From positions 66,068 through 130,067 of the forward strand of contig CAZKLT010000002.1 of assembly GCA_964553825.1 (NCBI GenBank): DNA of 64,000 nucleotides, written 5' to 3'. Source of the stretch: an uncultured Gammaproteobacteria bacterium (GTDB lineage Bacteria; Patescibacteriota; Microgenomatia; UBA10105; UBA927). Shown piece by piece: positions 28,104-38,073 of this stretch. Position 1 is the stretch's first letter. Each line of letters opens with the position of its first letter. Under the pieces are notes generated by a model. That model worked only from the letters and a program-made list of their open reading frames with translations, made no database searches and had not been told where the DNA came from. The translations under genes and the position numbers were made by a program.

Positions 28104-29636
28104 CTACATACTAATTCTTGAGTAAATCGTGGCTCTTGTCTCAGGAAATATTTTTACTTTTACCACATCTGGACAACGACCCCTATTAAGGATGTCAATA
28201 AAAACGACTTCGGGAAATGCTGACTCCAGCAAACACGCCTCTCGTTCGTTTGAAGCAATAATCGGTGGAGCGCTTTTATAGCGTCTTGCATACCACAAAA
28301 GACTTATTTGAGCTCCCTGACCTGGCTCATCAGAGCTATACGTTACTATTTGCTTTGTGGTAATTTTACTTGCCATAACAACAGCATCTTTAAAACCATA
28401 AATAGATTTTGAGAAATTTCTTGGAAGACCAAGCGCGCCCTGCATCTGTCCATTTATCCATGAATAAGTAAAAACGCTAGTCAGTGCAATAACATATATT
28501 ATTGATGCCCTACGTTTCAGTCGAAATAAGGGAGTAACTAAAAGAAAGTACATAATCGGCAAAGCAAAAAGATAGTGTCGCACATGAAACGATGCATATT
28601 GACTATATAAAGCTATTGCAATAACTATCGTAATTGACCACAAAAACAAACTCAGGAAATAAACGGTTTTTTTCGTAAAAAAACAAAGTCCATAGACTAT
28701 GATTCCCAACAAGAAAATAAACTGTGCTCTTTCAGCCAACAAAACTTCATGCATATGTACAAGCGGACTCATAACGAATGAAAAAGTAGGAATCGTCTGA
28801 GGGACGGTAGCAATAAGCATTTTGTGAAAAAATATCACAAATAGTCCAACAAAAATGCCAAGCATGAATATCGCCTGACGTCTATTCTTTTTATCGCACA
28901 GACTCCATACTAAATATGGAATGACTATAATATGCTGGTAAATGGAGTTTACGGTAAAAATTACGACAATAGGAAAATTTTTTGTTGAGTAAAAAGACCC
29001 ATAGTCCATCATACGTACAGCGAGAATAACACCAAGAAATGATAATGCATAGAATCTGACTTCATAAGAGTATTGCAGTAAAAACGGATTTAAAAAATAC
29101 AATAAGAATATACATATTCCTATAAACATCTTTTCGAGATAGCTTCTTTTATAAGAAGCCTGATTTAGGGCATAAAAAACTAAAATTATCCCTGCAACAA
29201 TATGGAAAATCATATACGGAATTCGATAAATAAATTCCTGGTAATCCTTTGAAAAGAAAATTACTATGTGATTCCAGGCCCACATGTTCCAATAATCCAA
29301 AGGCAATGCTGAGGCATGCCACATAAACACTGATCGAGCGATCAAAGAAAAAGGGGATTCTGCAATCTGAATTACTCCAACTTCGTCACTCCACAATTCA
29401 AGAGAATTGATATTGTGAAAGTTAATGAGGTAATATGAAGCACCTATAGCCCAGAGTGCAAGTCCTATAAATCGCCGATCAAACGAAAGGTTTTTTAAAT
29501 GCAAAATGATTACATTCAAAAAAATATATAATAGTACAATGTACCATAATAAAGACAGGCTAGAAGCATAAAAAAGAAGAATAATGGCAACAATAAACAC
29601 GAAATTCTTAACTATCGATGGACTCAAATTTGCCAT
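28104..29636 (-). CDS. GT-C fold membrane glycosyltransferase (ArnT/PMT-like, GT39/GT83-type). Low-GC gene.
   Basis: 510 aa with about 12 TM helices. An acidic motif LWSDEVG in the first extracytoplasmic loop is the DE motif of GT-C enzymes. The coding sequence is conspicuously AT-rich compared with its neighbours. Confidence 0.5.
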   Translation of the reverse strand: MANLSPSIVKNFVFIVAIILLFYASSLSLLWYIVLLYIFLNVIILHLKNLSFDRRFIGLALWAIGASYYLINFHNINSLELWSDEVGVIQIAESPFSLIARSVFMWHASALPLDYWNMWAWNHIVIFFSKDYQEFIYRIPYMIFHIVAGIILVFYALNQASYKRSYLEKMFIGICIFLLYFLNPFLLQYSYEVRFYALSFLGVILAVRMMDYGSFYSTKNFPIVVIFTVNSIYQHIIVIPYLVWSLCDKKNRRQAIFMLGIFVGLFVIFFHKMLIATVPQTIPTFSFVMSPLVHMHEVLLAERAQFIFLLGIIVYGLCFFTKKTVYFLSLFLWSITIVIAIALYSQYASFHVRHYLFALPIMYFLLVTPLFRLKRRASIIYVIALTSVFTYSWINGQMQGALGLPRNFSKSIYGFKDAVVMASKITTKQIVTYSSDEPGQGAQISLLWYARRYKSAPPIIASNEREACLLESAFPEVVFIDILNRGRCPDVVKVKIFPETRATIYSRISM

Positions 29637-30336
29637 TGGAGGAATAAATGATGTTGTCTCCCATATTATATATCAATCAAAACGCAGTACGAAAGGATGC
29701 GTAATCTTACCCTGCTCACTTAACGATCTCGCACACAAGAATAAAACCGAGTATAACCAAAAAGCCTATACAGAGGTAGACATGCTGCTGCCTGATGGTA
29801 TGCCCCTGGTGTGGGCAATTAGCCTGAAAGGCAAAAAAACCGATCGCATTTATGGACCGGACCTTATGAAACGACTTCTTTCGTTACAAGAAGTCCAAAG
29901 GACAAGGCACGTCTTCTACGGATCCTCTAAACGAACACTTAATAAACTTGAAATGTATATCCAAAAAAAGCATCCATACATGAAGCACACTCTTTTTATT
30001 TCTCCTCCATTCCGCCAGTTAAGCCAACAAGAGGAGTGGGGATATGTAACGCAAATCCGTCACTATAAACCTGATTATGTATGGATTGGATTAAGCTCTC
30101 CTAAGCAGGTTATAGTAGCTGTTCAATGGAAAAATCAGCTTCCCAATACCATAATTCTCTGTGTCGGAGCGGCGTTTGATTTTATCGCTGGAACAGTGCC
30201 ACAAGCGCCAAAGTGGATGCAACGGATGGGTCTTGAGTGGGCGTTTCGCTTAGGAACAAATCCCCGCCGTCTTTGGAGACGCTACCTTGTCACTATTCCA
30301 TCGTATCTTCTCAGCGGCTCACTTTTCAAGGCCTAG
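29584..30336 (+). CDS. WecB/TagA/CpsF family glycosyltransferase (GT26)
   Basis: DMLLPDGMPLVWAISLKGKK...RIYGPDLMKRLL ... HVFYGSS ... DYVWIGLSSPKQ ... LCVGAAFDFIAG match the GT26 (TagA/WecG) family. Confidence 0.8.
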   Translation: MATINTKFLTIDGLKFAIGGINDVVSHIIYQSKRSTKGCVILPCSLNDLAHKNKTEYNQKAYTEVDMLLPDGMPLVWAISLKGKKTDRIYGPDLMKRLLSLQEVQRTRHVFYGSSKRTLNKLEMYIQKKHPYMKHTLFISPPFRQLSQQEEWGYVTQIRHYKPDYVWIGLSSPKQVIVAVQWKNQLPNTIILCVGAAFDFIAGTVPQAPKWMQRMGLEWAFRLGTNPRRLWRRYLVTIPSYLLSGSLFKA

Positions 30337-31291
30337 AAGATAAGTTCAGTTGTTTTTCGATCCACTGATATGTGTCTTTCAGGCCCTTCTCGAGGGGGAC
30401 AGACGGTTCCCATGATAACGTTTTTTGAAGCAACGTATTATCAGAGTTTCTTCCGCGAACTCCCTGAGGTTTTGTGGTGTCGTACCGTTTTTTTATACGC
30501 TTGCCAGCGATTATTGCGATCATATCGATAAGTTCGTTCACCGTTACCAGCCTCGATGAGCCGATATTGATCGGTCCCATAAATGGCTGATGCACGAATC
30601 GGTACACGCCTTCGCAGCAATCGTCTATATAACAATACGAACGCCCTTGGGCTCCATCGCCCCATACTTCTATTTCATCGTCAGGGGAGGCAAGGGCTAT
30701 TTTCCTACAAAGCGCCGCTATCGATTTTTCCCTTCCTCCATCGTATGTTGATTCAGGTCCATAAATATTATGAAACCGCCCGACGTATACCTTCATGCCA
30801 AAATCTAAACTATAAGAGGCGCACATCTGTTCTGTGAAGAGTTTTTCCCATCCATACATGGTGTCGGGATTTGCAGGAACGGCATCCTGCTCTTTGAGGC
30901 CGGTGTTGTTGGGATCTACTTGTTTTTCCATCGGATACACGCAGGCAGACGATGCATAGAATACGAGCGGAATACCAGCGTTTTTAGCAGCGGCAAGGGA
31001 GTGCGCGTTAATAAGTACGTTGTTATGTATGAGGTTGGCCCGCACGTGATCGATATACCCCATGCCACCCATGTCGGCCGCAAACATATACAACTCGTCG
31101 GCGGCTTGAATGAGCTTTCTGGCTGTCGCAGCATCCCGCAAGTCACCCAAATGAAACGTATCGGCGGCTGATTCAGAAAATTCGGGAGGTTTCAAATCAA
31201 TTCCGGTCACCTGGTATCCTCGCGCTTTCAAATATTTCACAAAATACGATCCGATAAATCCACCCGCACCGGTTACAACAGCTTGTTTCAT
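30326..31291 (-). CDS. NAD-dependent epimerase/dehydratase (extended SDR) family protein
   Basis: N-terminal VVTGAGGFIGSY is the Rossmann GxxGxxG motif. Catalytic Y...K context YGWEK. About 320 aa. Confidence 0.75.
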   Translation of the reverse strand: MKQAVVTGAGGFIGSYFVKYLKARGYQVTGIDLKPPEFSESAADTFHLGDLRDAATARKLIQAADELYMFAADMGGMGYIDHVRANLIHNNVLINAHSLAAAKNAGIPLVFYASSACVYPMEKQVDPNNTGLKEQDAVPANPDTMYGWEKLFTEQMCASYSLDFGMKVYVGRFHNIYGPESTYDGGREKSIAALCRKIALASPDDEIEVWGDGAQGRSYCYIDDCCEGVYRFVHQPFMGPINIGSSRLVTVNELIDMIAIIAGKRIKKRYDTTKPQGVRGRNSDNTLLQKTLSWEPSVPLEKGLKDTYQWIEKQLNLSSRP

Positions 31292-31309
31292 ATGTGATAG
31301 TGTAGTGTA

Positions 31310-32332
31310 TCAACTCCGCATGTTCGTCCGCAAGAATAAAACGAACCGTTGTGTAAGCGTCGAAGGTTGCCTTGTGGGTTGTCTTGCTGACCAGATAAAC
31401 CAGTTGTTCATGTATTGCGCGGAAACGGTCCGGCGCGTGCGGTTAAAAGGAAAAACAGCTGCACGTCGCATCACGGCACTCAATAAGCGCAATCCCTTCC
31501 TTGGTGTGGTAAGAAGACGAAGAAGAACATGTCCGGTCAGACGCGGGATATTGTACAGTAAAAGATCAGAGAGAATCGCATTCTTAAAAACACTTCGATA
31601 CCGGTTTGCCAGTGCTTCTATTTCATACGCGGAGCGGAATCCGCCACCGGGATGCTCGGCAGTTGCCGCCGGTTCGTACCAACAGCGGAACCCTAACAGT
31701 CTCGCCCGCCAATCCACGTCAACATCTTCGTAATACAAAAACATGCGCTGGTCGAAAAACGATCCACTTCTTGAAAGCGCCTTAATAAGCTTGAACGTAT
31801 AAAGGGGGGCTGCACCAGGAGCACCAAAAATCTCCCTTCCCTGATTCCAATAGGCACTGTCTTTCTCCCCATAACCAATATTGATTGCGTACCCGTCTTT
31901 CCGTAGCCCATGACCTGCACTGTAGAGCTTCCGTGATCGAACATCTTTATATAACTTCCCCGTAGCCCAATGGGCTTTATGCGTTTTACATGCCTTTACC
32001 AATTCAAGCACATAAGAGGGGCTCATCCGCACATCCGGATTCAATGCAACATAATAATCGCCCTGTTTGAGCCGTATTGATGAAATGATTGCGTTATGCG
32101 CCCTGCCAAAACCGAGATTTTTCCGACTCTCAATAAGCGTAACTCCTTTTTGCGTCCGCAACCAAGCAACGCTTCGGTCTGAGGAATTATTATCCAATAC
32201 GATAATCCGTAGGTCCTTATACGTCTGCTTTTTGACACAGGCGATACAGTCCGGCAAATCAGAAAGCGTGTTAAAAGACACAATACCTACATACACCATA
32301 GTGTTATATAAACCACCTCCCCATGGACACAT
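31310..32332 (-). CDS. Glycosyltransferase family 2 (rhamnosyltransferase/WbbL-like), tandem paralog 1
   Basis: VGIVSFNTLSDLPDCIACVKKQTY..IIVLDNNSSD ... YYEDVDVDWRARLLGFRCWYEPAATAEH. The start is probably MVYVGIVS at 32299. Confidence 0.7.
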   Translation of the reverse strand: MCPWGGGLYNTMVYVGIVSFNTLSDLPDCIACVKKQTYKDLRIIVLDNNSSDRSVAWLRTQKGVTLIESRKNLGFGRAHNAIISSIRLKQGDYYVALNPDVRMSPSYVLELVKACKTHKAHWATGKLYKDVRSRKLYSAGHGLRKDGYAINIGYGEKDSAYWNQGREIFGAPGAAPLYTFKLIKALSRSGSFFDQRMFLYYEDVDVDWRARLLGFRCWYEPAATAEHPGGGFRSAYEIEALANRYRSVFKNAILSDLLLYNIPRLTGHVLLRLLTTPRKGLRLLSAVMRRAAVFPFNRTRRTVSAQYMNNWFIWSARQPTRQPSTLTQRFVLFLRTNMRS

Positions 32333-33275
32333 CAGATACTCTTCTTCGCAGGAAGATCCACTCCCTTTTTTTCAACATAGTGCCAAGCATTTCGTAGGCC
32401 TGTATATACGAAGCAAAGGATGCGCGTTCCCGGAATACAATATAGAAGAATATTCCTATCTCGTATATGAGAATTGGTACGATATCGCGCAGAAAAAGCG
32501 ATGCGCTTTCGTTTTTCATCATCATGAGATATCTATTGCGAAGTGCCATGGTACGAAGTTCCTGTGGCACACGCTCCCGCCTCCCTGCGCGAAATGTTCG
32601 GATATGACGGGCTATCGCAGTGGGAACAAACACCGATTTCCACCCGCGCCACTTAGCCCGCCAGCACACATCAACGTCTTCTTTGTGCATAAAAAAATCC
32701 TCATCAAAATACTCCTGTCCGTACCCGATGTCTTCAAGCATTTTCCTTCGATAAAACGCAGCTGCCCCGTCGGGGCCGAATATGGAAACGGTATGCTTTG
32801 GATGCTCCTGCATCACTTTCATCTCACCGCGCAACCCCTGACGTCGGTTCCTTCGCATAAAAAGCCCCTCTCCGTCGACAATAACCGGTCGATCCCGAAG
32901 TCGTTCTACACGATAGAGGAGTCCTGCCGCCGACCCAACGCGCGGACTGGCGTCAAGCGTTCGCACCATCTTCCGTAAAAAATGCCTATCTAATACAACG
33001 TCCGGATTAAGCGTAAGTACATACTCACTCTTCGTCCGGCGTATCGCCATATTGTGTGCCGCTGCGTATCCGATGTTCCGTCGGCTGCGCACTAGGGTTA
33101 TTTTCAAACCCCTCACAACGCTTCGTGTTTTATCGGTCGAGGCATTGTCAATGACAAGAAGCGAAAAATCACGGAAACTCTGCGCCTGGACTGAACGGAT
33201 ACAGTCAACGACCGTCGCGGCATTATTATATGTCACGATCTGGACGACAACCCGTTTACGCTTTATCCTGCCCAT
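32304..33275 (-). CDS. Glycosyltransferase family 2, tandem paralog 2
   Basis: VVVQIVTYNNAATVVDCIRSV..LLVIDNASTD ... HKEDVDVCWRAKWRGWKSVFVPTAIARH. Clearly paralogous to 31310..32332. Confidence 0.7.
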   Translation of the reverse strand: MGRIKRKRVVVQIVTYNNAATVVDCIRSVQAQSFRDFSLLVIDNASTDKTRSVVRGLKITLVRSRRNIGYAAAHNMAIRRTKSEYVLTLNPDVVLDRHFLRKMVRTLDASPRVGSAAGLLYRVERLRDRPVIVDGEGLFMRRNRRQGLRGEMKVMQEHPKHTVSIFGPDGAAAFYRRKMLEDIGYGQEYFDEDFFMHKEDVDVCWRAKWRGWKSVFVPTAIARHIRTFRAGRRERVPQELRTMALRNRYLMMMKNESASLFLRDIVPILIYEIGIFFYIVFRERASFASYIQAYEMLGTMLKKREWIFLRRRVSDVSMGRWFI

Positions 33276-34647
33276 ATTTTGTATGAAAACCCATCCAACT
33301 CGTCAGAACGCCACCAAACAAGAGAATGTACACAATATTTTGCGGATAAATATTTTCAAACCATATATAAAAAAATATGGAAAGCCAGGAGATGCCGGAC
33401 GCCAACAAGAACAGACGGTCAATTCGGGAAATCTTGCCCGATTTCAAATATAAAAACATTTGTTTAGCCGGAAGATACAAAATAAAAAGAAAGAAACATA
33501 ACCCAAAAATTCCTGTTTCTGCCAGCACGGTATAAAACTCGTTATGTGAGGCTATTGGCACCGGAAGCGGTTCAAATTGGTCAAAAATAGAAAAATATTG
33601 CATATGGGGAAATGGCCATACGACAGCGTAGTAATTCCCATATCCCGTACCGAAAAGGGGATAGGCTTGAAATACCGCCAGCGCCTGACTATAGAGCGTA
33701 ATCCTTCCTGCGGTTTCCTGAATGTCACGATGTGCATCACGCAAGAGAAAACGATCGACCAGATTATAGCCCAAAACGACCCGTGCAACCGTTAGTCCAA
33801 AAAGAAGCGACACGACTGCCGTCACCAGGACAAATTTTATTTTCCGTATGGAAACGAGCAACCGTCGAAACGCGTAAATGGCATATGCCAACGAACATCC
33901 TGCGAACACCAAAAACGTCCACCGGAAATTCGCAACTGCCATGGCTCCTAAGATGGACAAAAAACCTATAAAAACATACAGCGATACCCATATGCGTGAT
34001 CGCCATGATAATAAGAGCGACGACGAATAAAAAAACGGAAATATAAAAACAAGCGCGCCCCAATGAAGCAGTCTTCCGCGGTCAAACTCGATTGTTATTC
34101 CATATGCTGCTCGCCCCAACAGATACCGCTCTGCAAATGCATTCATGACTGCAGGAAAAATCGCTTGTGCTAGGCTTAGACATGCGATAAATACGGCTGT
34201 GGCGCCAAGCACGTGAATAAATATCTCTTTTTGTTTTTCCGAGGGACGAACCTCGCCGGTGAGCCAAAAAAGAATAACACCGGAAAAAAGCAACCTCAGG
34301 GGCGTACTGTCATACACGGTGGGAACGGTTAACAGTGAAACCATCACTGACAAAAAATAAAACGCGACGACATACGAGAGCGGCCGCCACGAGCTTCGCA
34401 CAAAAAGCGAAAATGCCCTCCCACGGACAACCAACGCAAGAATAAGGCCTAAAAATGAGATCGCATTGATAAGGCCGATACTCGTCTTTGGACGGAGCGG
34501 AGCGGGCAAACTAAACACAAACAGCGAAGAGAGCACTGTCGCAACAACCACGAAAAGAAATATCGTTGCCGTATAATACCGTCTTGGATATAATCTATCA
34601 ATGCGCGTCCTAATGGCCGCGTAGGACGATGAGAGCTTCTTTTGCAT
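33256..34647 (-). CDS. Polytopic membrane protein, O-antigen ligase/polymerase (Wzy_C)-like
   Basis: 463 aa with at least 10 TM helices and a large extracytoplasmic loop. An architecture call only. Confidence 0.45.
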   Translation of the reverse strand: MQKKLSSSYAAIRTRIDRLYPRRYYTATIFLFVVVATVLSSLFVFSLPAPLRPKTSIGLINAISFLGLILALVVRGRAFSLFVRSSWRPLSYVVAFYFLSVMVSLLTVPTVYDSTPLRLLFSGVILFWLTGEVRPSEKQKEIFIHVLGATAVFIACLSLAQAIFPAVMNAFAERYLLGRAAYGITIEFDRGRLLHWGALVFIFPFFYSSSLLLSWRSRIWVSLYVFIGFLSILGAMAVANFRWTFLVFAGCSLAYAIYAFRRLLVSIRKIKFVLVTAVVSLLFGLTVARVVLGYNLVDRFLLRDAHRDIQETAGRITLYSQALAVFQAYPLFGTGYGNYYAVVWPFPHMQYFSIFDQFEPLPVPIASHNEFYTVLAETGIFGLCFFLFILYLPAKQMFLYLKSGKISRIDRLFLLASGISWLSIFFYIWFENIYPQNIVYILLFGGVLTSWMGFHTKYGQDKA

Positions 34648-35329
34648 GCTAGAAATTACTTCATTAAAGAAATCTTTGGGCGGAAAACGTATTGTATCAA
34701 ATCTATCACTTTTCGTGGGTCAAGGGGAAATTGTCGGTATTGCGGGACCGGTAGGAGTAGGGAAGTCTACGTTACTTCACATGCTGACGGGATTACTGGA
34801 TCAGGACGGCGGCTCTCTATCCTTCTTTGACGTTAAAGCGAGTCCTTCAACGCGTCCTGCAATCGCACAACAAATCAATTATGCTTCATCAAGCCAGCGG
34901 CTGAGCGGCTACGCAACGGTCTGGGAAAATTTCGCCACATATGCAGATTTATACGAAACGGATAATTGGCAGGCACTCATTAAAACCCTTTGGAAGACAT
35001 TTGATATGGCCCCTACGCTCCTTGGACGAAAAGTGTACCGGCTTTCTTCCGGGGAAAATTCTCTCGTGAATTTTGTAAAAGCACTCTTAAACGATCCGAA
35101 AATTCTCTTCTTAGATGAAATAACGGCCCACATGGATCCGTCTCTTGCCCAAAAGGTCCGCTCCTGCATCGTGTCGCGCAACGAGGGCGCCCGCGCCACC
35201 GTGCTCGTATCACAGAACCTTGAAGAAATGAAAATCATGTGCACCCGGATGATTATCTTAAAAAATGGCACCGTCTCATATGACGGCAAACCGTTGGGAG
35301 ACCGAGCCGGCGCGAAGTATTTTATCTGA
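34646..35329 (+). CDS. ABC transporter ATP-binding protein (second exporter)
   Basis: Walker A GPVGVGKSTLL, signature LSSGENSLV, Walker B ILFLDEITAHMD. Confidence 0.75.
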   Translation: MLEITSLKKSLGGKRIVSNLSLFVGQGEIVGIAGPVGVGKSTLLHMLTGLLDQDGGSLSFFDVKASPSTRPAIAQQINYASSSQRLSGYATVWENFATYADLYETDNWQALIKTLWKTFDMAPTLLGRKVYRLSSGENSLVNFVKALLNDPKILFLDEITAHMDPSLAQKVRSCIVSRNEGARATVLVSQNLEEMKIMCTRMIILKNGTVSYDGKPLGDRAGAKYFI

Positions 35330-35333
35330 ATTT

Positions 35334-36113
35334 ATGAGACGTTTTCGAGGGCTCTATCTGCATTATCTCTATTCCATGCGACGCAATCCTGCGCGGATTA
35401 TAGAAATCCTTATTTGGCCCAGCTTTGAAGCACTTCTCTTCGGCCTTTTGGCCTCTGGGAGCACCCGCGCGCTTCCTGGCGCACAGGAGGTCACCTTACT
35501 GCTTCTGACTGGTATCGTCTACTGGAATTGTACCGCAAGGGTAATTCAGGAATCAGTTGCCCAGTTTATTGACGACTTTATGTCGAAAAATATCCAGAAT
35601 TTGATGATTTCTCCGATATCCATCCGTGAGCTGCTTTTTGCGGTAACCGCAGCATCTCTCACAAAAATCATACTGTCTCTTGCCGCACTTCTTCTCGTCC
35701 TTGTTTTCGTGTTCCCCGCATTTCTTGGGACGATTGGCCCGCACGTTCTTCTCTGGGTTATCCAACTTGAACTCTTCGGCGTCGCGCTTTCGCTTATAGC
35801 CATATCCGGAATATTTCTTTTCGGAGAACGGGCGAGTTTTTCCGGTTGGATGCTTAGCACCATCGTTCAGATATTTTCGCTGGTATTTTACGATAGGTCG
35901 GTACTCCCGCAGCCATTGTATGCCTTTTCGTATCTTGTTCCGTCTTCATATATCTTCGAATCATTACGCCTCTATATGACCGGGGCACCGATTATTCATA
36001 CAAGTCAGCTTATCGCATTTGGGCTAAACATTATGTATCTTATTACGGGAATGGGAATGGCCTTTGCCACATTCCGACTGGCAAAACGGACCGGCACGAT
36101 GACGAAACTATGA
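35334..36113 (+). CDS. ABC-2 type transporter permease (second exporter)
   Basis: 6-TM ABC-2 topology. The Met at 35334 (MRRFRGLYL...) was chosen because the listed ORF start (35265) overlaps the ATPase. Confidence 0.65.
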   Translation: MRRFRGLYLHYLYSMRRNPARIIEILIWPSFEALLFGLLASGSTRALPGAQEVTLLLLTGIVYWNCTARVIQESVAQFIDDFMSKNIQNLMISPISIRELLFAVTAASLTKIILSLAALLLVLVFVFPAFLGTIGPHVLLWVIQLELFGVALSLIAISGIFLFGERASFSGWMLSTIVQIFSLVFYDRSVLPQPLYAFSYLVPSSYIFESLRLYMTGAPIIHTSQLIAFGLNIMYLITGMGMAFATFRLAKRTGTMTKL

Positions 36114-37291
36114 AGCGACATCCTTTCAAGTTTCATGTCCTTCATACGGAAAGCCTGTATTCCAGAGGTGGGGAGAAGTATTTGTACGAACTTCTCGTCC
36201 GCGTGGCCAAAACCCATACCGTGCACTTGTATATACATGCCATAAGCACAAAATGGCGACACCGATATGTTACGGCCGGCATTTCCGTGCATGTATTGTG
36301 GAGACCCCCAAGGCTTTTCTGGATGCTACTGCCGGTAACGCTTGTGGCTAATTACGCTGAGCTGAAGCGGGATATCGATGCAAACGCCGTGGTGTTTGCA
36401 ACAAATTTCCCCATGAATCTGCTTGCCGTGCTGATTTCAAAACGGACGATCTGTCACTGCTTTGAGCCTCTTGCCATTTTTTATGACCCCCTGCGGATCG
36501 CATCACTTTCTCCGTTTTCCCGGCTTTGCGTACGATTGGCTAAGCTCGTCTACTCCTGGCTTGACCGCGGCGCTTACAACAAAGCCGCTATACTGACAGC
36601 GCTGGCACCATCAGTTGAACCCTATATTTTGGAAACATACGGGCGCAAACCCGATGTTTTTCTTCCAAATGGCGTTGATACGGATTTTTTTGTCCCCATC
36701 CCGAGGCGCAAACGCACGCATGCCCCTCACGTCCTGGGACACAGCACTGATTACACAATATTTAAGGGAACGGAAGACTTTCTAAAAATTCTTACCTTCC
36801 TGAGACGCAAAAGCCCACCCTTCACTGCGCTCATTTCGGAAAGTATCTCCGATCAAAAAATAAAAAAACAGTACCGGTCCTTCATACGTGCCAATGGGCT
36901 TACGGATGTGGTACGATTTGTGGGCACGATTGATGAATCAGGATTGCCTGCGTACTATCGCTCTCTTGATCTTTTTGTGTACACGGGCTCGACCACAAGC
37001 GCAGGCGGATCAACCGCAAGCCTGTCGGTGCTGGAAGCACAGGCATCGGGAACTCCCGTAATACGAAGCGGTGGCGACGACCGGGAAATTATCGGTGGAG
37101 AAACCGGATTTTACATACATCCGCCTGATCATGAAAAAGCGGCATCGGTTATCGACCGTTTTTTACGTCTATCGGACGAGGAAAAACAGCACATGCGCCG
37201 GGCTGCTCGGGTGTACGTAGAATCGCAATTCAGCTGGAATATCACCAGTAAAATTCTTATACAAACCGCACATACACTTTTTACCCAATGA
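36110..37291 (+). CDS. Glycosyltransferase family 4 (GT-B)
   Basis: C-terminal motif SLSVLEAQASGTPVIRSGGDDREII matches the GT4 E..A.G.PVI signature. Confidence 0.75.
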   Translation: MKRHPFKFHVLHTESLYSRGGEKYLYELLVRVAKTHTVHLYIHAISTKWRHRYVTAGISVHVLWRPPRLFWMLLPVTLVANYAELKRDIDANAVVFATNFPMNLLAVLISKRTICHCFEPLAIFYDPLRIASLSPFSRLCVRLAKLVYSWLDRGAYNKAAILTALAPSVEPYILETYGRKPDVFLPNGVDTDFFVPIPRRKRTHAPHVLGHSTDYTIFKGTEDFLKILTFLRRKSPPFTALISESISDQKIKKQYRSFIRANGLTDVVRFVGTIDESGLPAYYRSLDLFVYTGSTTSAGGSTASLSVLEAQASGTPVIRSGGDDREIIGGETGFYIHPPDHEKAASVIDRFLRLSDEEKQHMRRAARVYVESQFSWNITSKILIQTAHTLFTQ

Positions 37292-38073
37292 GCACAAAAG
37301 ACACACCATCGCCTTTTTCTTATACTGCGCCGTATTACGATCTCATCTATGGGAAAAGGGATATAACACAAACCGCAAAAAAAATTATCCATCACGTTCG
37401 GGCGCTTTTGCAAACAAAGAAAGATCTCTCGATCCTTGATGTTGGCTGTGGAACCGGTGCGTATACGATTGAATTGTGGCGCCAGGGGGTGCATATAACC
37501 GGAATCGACCAATCCGATGTGATGCTACAGATCGCCAGAGCAAAAGCAAAACTGGCATCAGCAGACATAAAGTTTACCGCGCAAAATTTTCTTACCTTTA
37601 ACGCAACAAAAACGTACGACGCGGTTGTATCGTTGTTTGACGTGGTGAGCTACATTACTGCCACAAGAGACGTGAATTTATTCTTCCGTAAGGCCGCGTC
37701 TCTGATACCGAACGGAGGTGTTTTTATGTTTGATTGTTGGTATGGTCCTGGCGTGTTCTTATCCAAACCCAAAATAACCAGACAGCGATATAAAAACGAC
37801 ACGCTTGAGGTGTTCCGAAAAAAAACACCCGTTCTTACGCACGAGGCAAACACCGTATCGGTATATCATGAGCTGTCGGTGCGAAAGAAAGGGGAGGATC
37901 CCATCATGATCCGCGAAACACACGTCATGCGATATTATTTTTATCCAGAACTGGAAGAGTTGGCAGCAAACGCAGGCTTTCGCATCATTCACTGGGGAAA
38001 CCTTGAGCTTTCCATGCGTCCTCCCCAAACTCCCCCCTGGAGCATATGGGTGGTTGCACAAAAGCAGGATTAA
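37288..38073 (+). CDS. Class I SAM-dependent methyltransferase
   Basis: ILDVGCGTGAYTIEL is motif I. The start overlaps the GT4 stop. Confidence 0.7.
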   Translation: MSTKDTPSPFSYTAPYYDLIYGKRDITQTAKKIIHHVRALLQTKKDLSILDVGCGTGAYTIELWRQGVHITGIDQSDVMLQIARAKAKLASADIKFTAQNFLTFNATKTYDAVVSLFDVVSYITATRDVNLFFRKAASLIPNGGVFMFDCWYGPGVFLSKPKITRQRYKNDTLEVFRKKTPVLTHEANTVSVYHELSVRKKGEDPIMIRETHVMRYYFYPELEELAANAGFRIIHWGNLELSMRPPQTPPWSIWVVAQKQD

